From positions 1 to 48,509 of the forward strand of contig DATFDL010000646.1 of NCBI GenBank assembly GCA_035252155.1: a stretch of 48,509 nucleotides of DNA, given 5' to 3'. A model generated the notes under the pieces. The model was not told where the DNA came from, searched no databases, and worked only from the letters and a program-made list of their open reading frames with translations. Positions 1-7,453 of the stretch are shown piece after piece. Each line of letters opens with the position of its first letter. The stretch's first letter is position 1. This stretch comes from Pirellulales bacterium. Lineage in GTDB: Bacteria; Planctomycetota; Planctomycetia; Pirellulales; JAICIG01. The translations under genes and the position numbers were made by a program.

Positions 1-1788
1 ATCGTTACGCTCACCGGCGGGCTTTCTGCCGCCCTCGCGCTGGGCTATTTGACGCACCGCTTGGGGCTGTCGCCCATTGTCGGCTATCTGCTGGCGGGCA
101 TCGTGGTCGGGCCGGCCAGCCCCGGCTTTGTCGCCGACGAACATCTCGCCGGACAAATGGCCGAGGTCGGAGTCATTCTGCTTATGTTCGGCGTGGGGCT
201 TCACTTTCGTGTCGAAGATCTGTTGGCGGTCCGCAAGGTGGCCCTGCCCGGCGCTTTGTTGCAAATTGCGGCGGCGGCCGCGGTGGGCGCAGCGGTCACT
301 CGTCTCGCCGGCTGGACCTGGTCGGCCGCGATTGTGTTCGGTCTGTCGATGTCGGTGGCCAGCACCGTGGTGTTGACCCGCGTACTTGGCGAGCGAAACG
401 CGCTCCACACGCCGCTGGGACATCTGGCCATCGGCTGGCTGGTAGTGCAAGATCTGTTTGCCGTCTTTGCCCTCATTCTGCTGCCGCCGCTCTTTGCAGG
501 CGGCACGACCGATGTCGCTCACCTAGCTGTGTTCGCGGGCGTGGCGGCCGTAAAAATCGCCGCTCTGGCCGTCGTCGTGCTGGTGGTCGGCGGCCGGGTC
601 ATTCCCTGGGTGCTGCGTCGCGTCGCCCAGCAACATTCGCGCGAGTTGTTCACGCTCACCGTGCTGGTGGTAGCGCTGGGAAACGCCGTGGGCGCGGCCA
701 GGCTATTCGGGGTATCGATGGCGCTAGGGGCTTTTTTAGCCGGCATGGTGGTAGGCCGCTCCGATTTCAGCCTGCGGGCGGCCACCGACGCCCTGCCGAT
801 GCGCGACGCCTTTGCCGTGTTGTTCTTTGTATCGATCGGCATGCTGTTCGACCCCGCCTTCATGCTCAAATCTCCGGGGCTGGTGGCGGCCACGCTGGCC
901 GCCGTGATGATCGGCACACCGCTCATTACGTTCGGCGTGGTTTCGGTGCTGGGCCTCTCGACGCATTCCGCCCTGCGGATGGGCCTGGCTCTGGGCCAGA
1001 TCGGCGAGTTCTCGTTCATCCTCGCCCGGCTAGGAACGGCGCTAGGCATTTTGCCCGACGATGCCTTGCACAACATCGTGGCCGTGTCCATTCTGTCGAT
1101 TTCGCTGAACCCCCTGGTATTCCGATTGGCCGACTCGCTCAGCTCGTGGCTACGCCGCGGACGTGCCGCCGCTCAGCTTGCCAGCGCGATCGAATATGAG
1201 TCGAATCGACCTGAGGACGATGACGGGCGGCACCGGGCCGTAGTGGTTGGCTATGGTCCCGTCGGGCGGACGCTGGTGCGCCTGCTCCGCGAGAACGGCA
1301 TCGTGACCACGATCATCGAGATGAATCTCAAAACAGTCGAGCGTCTCAAGGCCGAAGGGGCGACAGTCGTCTACGGCGATGCCAATCATCCGGAGACGCT
1401 CTGCAAAGCCGGCGTTGCTCAAGCCCGGGCCTTGTTGCTGAGCGCGTCGGGCCTGACCGAGGCCAAGGAGATCGTGCGGATGGCCCGCTCGCTGAATCCC
1501 AACATCCGCATCCTCGCGCGGTCGGCCTATTTGCGCGAGCGGGCAGAGTTGCGGCAAGTCGGCGCCAACGAAGTTTACGCCGAGGAAGGCGAAGTGGCCT
1601 TAGCGATGACCGAATCCGTGCTTCGCAAGCTCGGCGCCACGCCCGACCAGATCGACCGCGAGCGAGACCGGGTGCGCGCCGACCTGTTTGGAGAGCCGGC
1701 TGCCAAGGGAAACCATGCGACGATTAGGGGCGAATCGCCACCAAGCGCTCCCGACGCGGAAACCAGCGATTCGCCGTCGCGGCAGTAA
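1..1788 (+). CDS. CPA2-family monovalent cation:proton antiporter with C-terminal RCK/TrkA-N domain (YbaL/KefB-like); 5' end cut by window edge
   Basis: The frame is open from nt 1, and the tracked start at 49 is an internal TTG. Multiple hydrophobic helices (LSPIVGYLLAGIVVGP, GQIGEFSFIL) are followed by a Rossmann-type VVVGYGPVGRTL RCK domain. Confidence 0.85.
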   Translation: MVTLTGGLSAALALGYLTHRLGLSPIVGYLLAGIVVGPASPGFVADEHLAGQMAEVGVILLMFGVGLHFRVEDLLAVRKVALPGALLQIAAAAAVGAAVTRLAGWTWSAAIVFGLSMSVASTVVLTRVLGERNALHTPLGHLAIGWLVVQDLFAVFALILLPPLFAGGTTDVAHLAVFAGVAAVKIAALAVVVLVVGGRVIPWVLRRVAQQHSRELFTLTVLVVALGNAVGAARLFGVSMALGAFLAGMVVGRSDFSLRAATDALPMRDAFAVLFFVSIGMLFDPAFMLKSPGLVAATLAAVMIGTPLITFGVVSVLGLSTHSALRMGLALGQIGEFSFILARLGTALGILPDDALHNIVAVSILSISLNPLVFRLADSLSSWLRRGRAAAQLASAIEYESNRPEDDDGRHRAVVVGYGPVGRTLVRLLRENGIVTTIIEMNLKTVERLKAEGATVVYGDANHPETLCKAGVAQARALLLSASGLTEAKEIVRMARSLNPNIRILARSAYLRERAELRQVGANEVYAEEGEVALAMTESVLRKLGATPDQIDRERDRVRADLFGEPAAKGNHATIRGESPPSAPDAETSDSPSRQ

Positions 1789-1826
1789 TCGCTCAATCGC
1801 AACGGCGCTTGAACGAAAAATCAATA

Positions 1827-1902
1827 CCGCCCGATCTCGAACGCGACTTAGCGAAATATCGCGTTGGGCGTGCGCGAGATTTGCTAGGAGTTGATCGGGC
1901 GG
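1827..1902. terminator. Nested inverted repeat in a convergent spacer (possible bidirectional terminator, no T-run)
   Basis: CCGCCCGATC (1827-1836) pairs with GATCGGGCGG (1893-1902). An inner stem pairs AACGCGA (1840-1846) with TCGCGTT (1859-1865). Confidence 0.25.
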
Positions 1903-1911
1903 ATGTTGTAG

Positions 1912-2292
1912 CTACTTGTTCATCCTTTCGCGGCAAGGGGGGCACGACGCCAGCGTAAAGAGTACCAATTCTTCGCCCGTCACGGTGCTGATGTCGTGGT
2001 GCATGCTCAGCACGTTGACGCCGGTAATGCCCTCGACCATGGCTTCCATCAACGGCCGCGCGGTTTCCAGCAGGTGCGTCCTCACTTGTTTGAGCAGATC
2101 TCTGCCCTTGTCGGCGGGCAGCGCCTGGACCAGGTGCTGCTCGGCCGCGGTCAACACGCCCTGCAGCCGCACCACCACCAGGTCGCCTAATAAATGCGCC
2201 CGAATGTCCTTCGGCCCGCGACCCATGTGTTCCACCTCGAAGCGGCTGAGTCCTTCAGCGATCGCTGCCTCGATTTCGCCTTGGGTTTTCAT
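1912..2292 (-). CDS. DUF2294 (MpsC-like) family protein
   Basis: Start moved to ATG 2292 (MKTQGEIEAAI). The pattern GRGPKDI..L.GDLVVVRL.G.LT..E and ITGV.V...HHDIS..TGEE.LVF.L is typical of ~125-aa DUF2294 proteins. The 28 upstream codons in the tracked ORF have no support. Confidence 0.75.
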   Translation of the reverse strand: MKTQGEIEAAIAEGLSRFEVEHMGRGPKDIRAHLLGDLVVVRLQGVLTAAEQHLVQALPADKGRDLLKQVRTHLLETARPLMEAMVEGITGVNVLSMHHDISTVTGEELVLFTLASCPPCRERMNK

Positions 2293-2410
2293 CGCCAACT
2301 CGCCGTGTGTGCCGCGGTGTAACGGTACGGTATCGTACCACGCGCTAACAACCAACGGGAGCATGTTAACTGGCACTGCCCTATGTTTTCATTTCCACCA
2401 GGCTGACCAC

Positions 2411-2439
2411 TTGCTTTCGTCGGCCCAGCCGGTTAGCAT
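2411..2439 (+). promoter_or_regulatory. Sigma-70-like promoter candidate TTGCTT-17 nt-TAGCAT
   Basis: The -35 box is at 2411-2416 and the -10 box at 2434-2439. The same TTGCTT(T) box and a TAGAAT -10 occur at 8657-8684, at the same ~65-nt distance from a homologous RNA module. Confidence 0.3.
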
Positions 2440-2445
2440 GCTAAC
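2432..2445. promoter_or_regulatory. Perfect 14-bp palindrome GTTAGCATGCTAAC overlapping the predicted -10 (candidate operator)
   Basis: Read directly from the sequence. A related half-site, GAGCATGTTAAC, lies at about 2357-2370 in the same divergent intergenic region. Confidence 0.3.
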
Positions 2446-2492
2446 TGCTCACGGAGCGTCGTCGATGGCGCGCTCTGTGGCAAGACGAGCAA

Positions 2493-2599
2493 AATCAGCG
2501 GAAGACCAGTTTAAGGAAAGCCCGCCGCTGGGCGTTCCGTTTAAGGGTAAGCCGACGCGGCCGATCGCCCCTGGGCAATCGGCCATGTCGGCTTTTTTT
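2493..2599 (+). ncRNA. Conserved two-hairpin leader/sRNA-like module ending in an intrinsic terminator (copy 1 of 3)
   Basis: Order of elements: AATCAG..CGGAAGACCAG, TTTAAGGAAA, small hairpin GCCC/GGGC, GTTTAAGGGTAAGCC. The long hairpin pairs GCCGACGCGGCCGAT with ATCGGCCATGTCGGC (2551-2592), followed by T7 (2593-2599). It aligns with 4636-4761 and 8732-8847. Confidence 0.45.
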
Positions 2600-2677
2600 G
2601 TGGCTGTGCCGCTGGGCGGAACACGCTGCGACGAGCCAAGGTGGCTGAGTACGACGCACAGCCTGGAAGGAGACAGT

Positions 2678-4297
2678 ATGGAAACGACTCGAAGTTCGCG
2701 GATGGCGTCGCAGCCGCCGCCGGCATCCGATCAGCCGCCCGCGCGCAGCGCCGACGGGAGCGAGGTGCGCGAGTCCGAGTTCCGCTATCGCCGGCTGTTT
2801 GAGACCGCCCCGGACGGCATCCTCCTGCTCGACGCCGATGACGGCAGAATCGCCGACGCCAATCCGTTTCTGTGCGAGTTGCTCGGTTATTCGCGGGCCG
2901 AGCTGCAAGGCAAAGAGCTTTGGCAAATTGGCCTGGTCGAAAACATCGCGGCCAGCCAGGCCGCATTTCAACGACTGCAACAGAACGGCTACGAGCGCCG
3001 CGAAGATCTGCCGCTGAGGAACCGCGGCGGAGCACAGATTGAAGTGGAGTTCGTCTCGAATGTCTATCGCGCCGGCAGCGAGAGCGTCATCCAGTGCAAT
3101 ATTCGCGATGTCAGCGACCGCATGCGCGTGCAAAAAGAAAGCAGCCGACTGGCCGCCAATCTGGCCGATGCCTACCGTCGCAAGGACGAGTTTCTGGCGA
3201 TGGTATCGCACGAGTTGCGCAACCCGCTCTCCCCGATTCTCAATGCCGTCGGCATTCTGCGCCAGCAGGGAGAAGCAAACCCGCTCGAACACGAGGCGGT
3301 AAACATCATCGAGCAACAGACCGTCCAGCTCGCACGAATCATCGACGACCTGTTGGAAATCTCTCGGATCGGCACGGGCCGGGTCCATCTGCGGCGCCTG
3401 GCGGTCGAGCTAAACGGGCTCGTCCAGCGCACGGTGGCCGCGGCCCGCCCACTGATGGAAGTGCGGGGCCAGCGATTTTCGACGTCGCTCGAAACCCACC
3501 CCATTTGGCTGAATGCCGACCCGGACCGCTTGGTGCAGGTCGTGGTCAACCTGCTCGACAACGCCGCTAAGTACACCGCCGAGGGCGGGCAAATCACGTT
3601 GACGGTCCGTCTCGAAGGCGACTGCGCCGTAATTCGCGTTCAGGACACCGGAGTCGGCATTGAGCGCGCCCTGCTGCCGCGCGTTTTTGAATTGTTCAGC
3701 CAGGGCGAGAGTTCGCGTGAGTGCGCGCACGGCGGCTTGGGCATCGGCCTGGCGCTTGTGCGGCACCTCGTCGAGCTGCACCAGGGCAGCGTCGCGGCAG
3801 AAAGCGACGGTCCGGGCCTCGGCAGCCAGTTTGTCGTGCGCCTGCCACTGACTGCCGTGCCATCATCGCCTCAGCACCATCGCCCGCCCACCGCTAGCAG
3901 GCAGGCGCAGGCGGGCAGCCGCGTGCTCGTGATTGACGAAGACAAAGACCGAGCCGATGGCGCGGTCGCGCTGTTGCGGCGGTTCGGCTTTGAGACGCGG
4001 GGGGCGTATACAGTCGCCAGCGGCGTCGCGACGGCGCTGAAGTTTCAGCCGTGCGTCGTGCTGCTCGACGTGGCCTTGCCCGTCATGGGCGGATTCGAGG
4101 TGGTGTGGCGTCTGCGGCAAGAACCGAAATCGAAGGCGGTGCCGCTCGTCGCCCTGACGGACGACGGCGACGAGCGCCACCAGCGTGCTTTGCGTGAGGC
4201 GGGTTTCGACCATCACCTGGTCAAGCCGGTCGATCCGACCAAGTTACTGGAATTCTTGGCGGAATTCATCGCGCCCCAAACCACCGCGGCCGTATAA
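2678..4297 (+). CDS. Hybrid sensor histidine kinase (PAS - HisKA - HATPase_c - receiver)
   Basis: Start set at ATG 2678, preceded by GGAAGGAGA. PAS segment: FETAPDGILLLDADDGRIADANPF. H-box: MVSHELRNPLSPI. N/G boxes: NLLDNAAKYT, DTGVGI, GGLGIGLALV. C-terminal REC: VLVIDEDKD...VVLLDVALP. The tracked N-terminal extension (1916-2677) is rejected. Confidence 0.9.
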   Translation: METTRSSRMASQPPPASDQPPARSADGSEVRESEFRYRRLFETAPDGILLLDADDGRIADANPFLCELLGYSRAELQGKELWQIGLVENIAASQAAFQRLQQNGYERREDLPLRNRGGAQIEVEFVSNVYRAGSESVIQCNIRDVSDRMRVQKESSRLAANLADAYRRKDEFLAMVSHELRNPLSPILNAVGILRQQGEANPLEHEAVNIIEQQTVQLARIIDDLLEISRIGTGRVHLRRLAVELNGLVQRTVAAARPLMEVRGQRFSTSLETHPIWLNADPDRLVQVVVNLLDNAAKYTAEGGQITLTVRLEGDCAVIRVQDTGVGIERALLPRVFELFSQGESSRECAHGGLGIGLALVRHLVELHQGSVAAESDGPGLGSQFVVRLPLTAVPSSPQHHRPPTASRQAQAGSRVLVIDEDKDRADGAVALLRRFGFETRGAYTVASGVATALKFQPCVVLLDVALPVMGGFEVVWRLRQEPKSKAVPLVALTDDGDERHQRALREAGFDHHLVKPVDPTKLLEFLAEFIAPQTTAAV

Positions 4298-4503
4298 TGC
4301 GGGTGATGAGCAGCCCCACTGACCTAATCGTTGAATCCGTGCTCGAACTGGCGCGACAAAAGGATCTTTCTTCCGACGTGGCGATTCTCTGCCGCGCAGT
4401 CCTGCATCTTTACAAACAGACGGGGCAACTGAAAAGCGACTCGTTGGAAGCGTTCGAGCAAATTGAGCAGCTCGACCGGCGGCAAGGACCGGGCGACGAG
4501 TGA
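4297..4503 (+). CDS. Small hypothetical protein (68 aa), start overlaps the kinase stop (TAATG)
   Basis: The ORF has G/C-rich third codon positions like neighbouring genes. It is predicted helical, has a single His, and lacks a clear SD. An alternative ATG lies at 4306. Confidence 0.4.
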   Translation: MRVMSSPTDLIVESVLELARQKDLSSDVAILCRAVLHLYKQTGQLKSDSLEAFEQIEQLDRRQGPGDE

Positions 4504-4635
4504 ACTAGTGCTGCCTTTGTATCTGGCGGCCTCTTTGCGGGCATGGCGTCGCATTTCCATTGGTTGCGGCAGATGGGAACGGCGCATGGGCGCATGTCGA
4601 TATTTGCCCTATCTATTCGCCGAGGCGAGGTATAG

Positions 4636-4761
4636 GATCAACTACGAAGTCGTCGGACGACTAGATCAAGGGCAATCCGGCCGTGTGCCGGGAGGCCCGT
4701 TTTATAAGTAAGCCGACGTGGTGGGACGCCTCGCGTTGTCCCGCCACGTCGGCTTTTTTTT
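4636..4761 (+). ncRNA. Conserved two-hairpin leader/sRNA-like module ending in an intrinsic terminator (copy 2 of 3)
   Basis: Order of elements: GATCAA..GTCGGACGACTAG, ATCAAGGGCAA, hairpin CCGGC-cgtgt-GCCGG, GTTTTATAAGTAAGCC. A 17-bp stem pairs AGCCGACGTGGTGGGAC with GTCCCGCCACGTCGGCT (4711-4754, one G-U wobble), followed by T8 (4754-4761). Confidence 0.45.
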
Positions 4762-4816
4762 GCCGCGATGGTCCGCGGCCAATCGCAAAGCAGACGCAAA
4801 TTGCAGGAGGTTGCCG

Positions 4817-6049
4817 ATGGCCACCGCTCGACCGTTATTCCTATCGACATATCCACCCGAGGAATGCGGCCTGGCCACGTTCACGCGAGATTCGGCCGAC
4901 GCGGTCGATGGCGCAGCCGGCAGCCCGATCTCCTCGGTGGCGGCCATCCGCAAGACAGGACCGCGCTCGTATGACGACCCGCGCGTCATTCACGTCGTCG
5001 ATAACGACCACTACGACGCCTACCGACTGGCCGCCGAAGTGGCCAACGACGGACCGTGCGACGTGGTGAGCCTGCAGCACGAGTTTGGCCTGTACCCAGG
5101 AGCGTGGGGCGGGCGCGTGCTCAGCTTCGCGCGCGACTGCCGCAAGCCACTGGTCACCACGCTGCACACGCTGCTCTCGGCGCCCGAGCCACTACCGCGC
5201 CGGATCATCCAAAAGCTGGCGGCTGCCAGCGACGCTGTCATCGTCATGACCGAAAGTGCCGCCCGGCTGTTGCGCGAGGTTTACGACGTTCGCGCGACGA
5301 GGGCGCATGTCATTCCTCACGGCGTGCCGGTGGTCGCTCACGACGACAATGAAATTTATAAGGCCCGGCTGGGGCTGTCGGGCCGGCGCGTGCTCTGTAC
5401 GTTCGGACTCATCAACAGCGGCAAAGGGCTGGAATACATGATCCAGGCCATGCCGCCGATTGTGGCCGCCTACCCGGACGTAGTGTATCTCATCGTCGGC
5501 GCCACGCATCCCCAAGTGAAACGGCAAGAAGGGGAGGTCTATCGCGAAAGGCTGGTCGAGATGGCCGTGAGGCTGGGGGTCGGTGAAAACGTGCGCTTCG
5601 TCAACCAATATCTGCAGCTCTCCGATCTGCTGGCCCACTTGCGAGCTTGCGACGTCTACATCACTCCCTATCCCGGCAAAGACCAAATCGCCAGTGGCAC
5701 CTTGGCCTATGCCATGGCGGCCGGCCGCGCGATCGTGAGCACGCCCTACGTCTACGCGGCAGAGGTTTTGGCCGACGGGCGCGGCTTGCTTGTGCCCTTT
5801 TGCGAAAGCGACCGTCTCGCCGAGGCCACACTCGGATTACTCAATGACGAGGCCCTGCGCCGCGAAACCGAACGCCAGGCATACCAATACGCCAAACCCA
5901 TGTTTTGGCCAAACGTGGGCCGGCAGTACATGGACCTTTTTCAGCAGGTCGCATCGAAGCATCGGGGGCGACGCGCCCGGCTCGAACGCGTTGCATTCGT
6001 CGCGGCCGACGGCCAGCACGGCACACCGCTCATGCACGGAGGCATCTGA
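4817..6049 (+). CDS. GT4-family (group 1) glycosyltransferase
   Basis: Start set at ATG 4817 after GCAGGAGG. The N-terminus [25 protein letters not shown] and the C-terminal E..(G/A)....EA.A.G.P pattern ([19 protein letters not shown]) fit a GT-B retaining transferase. Confidence 0.85.
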   Translation: MATARPLFLSTYPPEECGLATFTRDSADAVDGAAGSPISSVAAIRKTGPRSYDDPRVIHVVDNDHYDAYRLAAEVANDGPCDVVSLQHEFGLYPGAWGGRVLSFARDCRKPLVTTLHTLLSAPEPLPRRIIQKLAAASDAVIVMTESAARLLREVYDVRATRAHVIPHGVPVVAHDDNEIYKARLGLSGRRVLCTFGLINSGKGLEYMIQAMPPIVAAYPDVVYLIVGATHPQVKRQEGEVYRERLVEMAVRLGVGENVRFVNQYLQLSDLLAHLRACDVYITPYPGKDQIASGTLAYAMAAGRAIVSTPYVYAAEVLADGRGLLVPFCESDRLAEATLGLLNDEALRRETERQAYQYAKPMFWPNVGRQYMDLFQQVASKHRGRRARLERVAFVAADGQHGTPLMHGGI

Positions 6050-7123
6050 ATGCGCCAGACCGATTGGATTGTCTTGGACCACCTCGATGCCCACACCGAC
6101 TCGACGGGTCTGGTCCAGCATGCCATCTATAATCTTCCCCGGCGCGACAGCGGCTACACGACCGATGACAACGCCCGCGCGCTGCGCCTCTGCGCCCGCT
6201 TGTGGCAGCGGCGGCCCGACGCGCGCATGCTGAGCCGCGTGGAAACCTATCTCGGTTTCTTGGAATTCGCCCGCCGTCCGGGCGGCGGCTTTCATAACTT
6301 TCTCAGCTACCAACGCCACTGGCTCGACGCCGAAGGCTGCGGCGATTGCCAGGGGCAGGCGGTGCGTGCGTTGGCCCAAGTCATGGGCGGCACGTTGCCC
6401 GACGGCTACCGGCTGCTTGCCCGTGAACTGCTCGAGGCAGTGCTGCCCACGCTGGCCGACCTGCGCAGCCTGCGCGCTCAGGCCTATATCGTCTTGGCGT
6501 GGGGACATCTCTGGGCGTCAGGCGCCAAAGAGATCGAGCCGCTGGAGACGGTGGCTTGGTCCGCGGCGCGGCGGCTGGTGGAATCTTACCACCGTGGTGT
6601 GCGCCCCGGCTGGAGCTGGTTTGAGTCGCGCATGACGTACGCCAACGCGGTGTTACCGCACGCGCTGTTTGTAGCCGCCACGCGCTGGCCGAACGAAGAT
6701 TTTCGCGAGGTTGCCCAAGCCAGCTTCGCGTTTCTCGACCGTGAGACCACCGCCGACGACATCTTTTGGCCGGTCGGCAATAACGGCTGGTATCCGCACG
6801 GCGAACTCAAAGCCCTCTACGACCAGCAGCCGGTGGAAGCCGGCACGATGGCCGAGGCCGCTCTGGCCGGTTACGACCTATTCTGCGAGCCCGTTTACCT
6901 GGCGTCGTTTCGCCGGGCAGCGGCTTGGTTTCACGGCGAAAACAGCTTGCACGCGCCGATGTGCGACGCTCGGCGCGGAACCTGTTACGACGGCTTGCAA
7001 GCCACCGGCGTCAACCGCAATCAAGGCGCTGAATCGACCTTGGCCTGGCTGTGGACGCAACTGCACACTTGCCAGCATGAAGAGACGCTATGCGACGACG
7101 ATGCCGCGGCCGCACGGGCGTAA
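6050..7123 (+). CDS. Hypothetical protein, translationally coupled to the GT4 gene (TGAATG)
   Basis: It is a 357-aa ORF whose ATG immediately follows the GT4 stop codon. I recognise no motif with confidence. A glycosidase-like alpha/alpha-barrel is only a guess. Confidence 0.75.
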   Translation: MRQTDWIVLDHLDAHTDSTGLVQHAIYNLPRRDSGYTTDDNARALRLCARLWQRRPDARMLSRVETYLGFLEFARRPGGGFHNFLSYQRHWLDAEGCGDCQGQAVRALAQVMGGTLPDGYRLLARELLEAVLPTLADLRSLRAQAYIVLAWGHLWASGAKEIEPLETVAWSAARRLVESYHRGVRPGWSWFESRMTYANAVLPHALFVAATRWPNEDFREVAQASFAFLDRETTADDIFWPVGNNGWYPHGELKALYDQQPVEAGTMAEAALAGYDLFCEPVYLASFRRAAAWFHGENSLHAPMCDARRGTCYDGLQATGVNRNQGAESTLAWLWTQLHTCQHEETLCDDDAAAARA

Positions 7124-7136
7124 GGAGCGGGTCGGT

Positions 7137-7399
7137 CACGGCAATCGCATCAAACCTTAACGGCTAGGGCTAGTGCTTGCATGCCGATGTTCGGTTTTTC
7201 CTAGGAGCGTACACTTGCCGACGGTGGAGGGCCGGCGAAAATGGCGACCCGTGTTCTCGCGGTTCGAGCGTAAAGCGGCTGGCCGAGGCCGACCATTCTT
7301 CTCCGGGTGCCGGCAAAAGCAAGCTGTACTTGGCGGCATTTTTTCGACGTGGAACGCTTCGTAGCCGGAGAACCGTTAAAGTTTGATGCGATTGCCCTG
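7137..7399. mobile_element. 263-bp non-autonomous MITE-like insertion with 27-bp terminal inverted repeats and a 10-bp target-site duplication
   Basis: Left end: CACGGCAATCGCATCAAACCTTAACGG (7137-7163). The reverse complement of the right end (7373-7399) reads CAGGGCAATCGCATCAAACTTTAACGG, matching 25 of 27 positions. GCGGGTCGGT flanks both sides directly (7127-7136 and 7400-7409). There is no internal ORF. Confidence 0.7.
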
Positions 7400-7453
7400 G
7401 CGGGTCGGTGCCCGCCGAGTCACGGCTAATATTTTCCTCCAACAAGGACAGAA

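Noticed and set aside
2368-2385. TGGCAC-TGCCC-TATGT as a sigma-54 promoter for the hybrid kinase
   Set aside because: The -12 element lacks the invariant GC.
1916-2677. N-terminal 254 codons of the tracked 793-aa ORF (hybrid kinase)
   Set aside because: It runs antisense through the DUF2294 gene and across the terminator module. It has no domain-like sequence. A good SD plus ATG at 2678 starts the recognisable PAS domain.
7250-7275. tRNA-like GGTTCGAGC T-loop motif inside the MITE
   Set aside because: No acceptor stem, D-arm or anticodon arm can be drawn around it.
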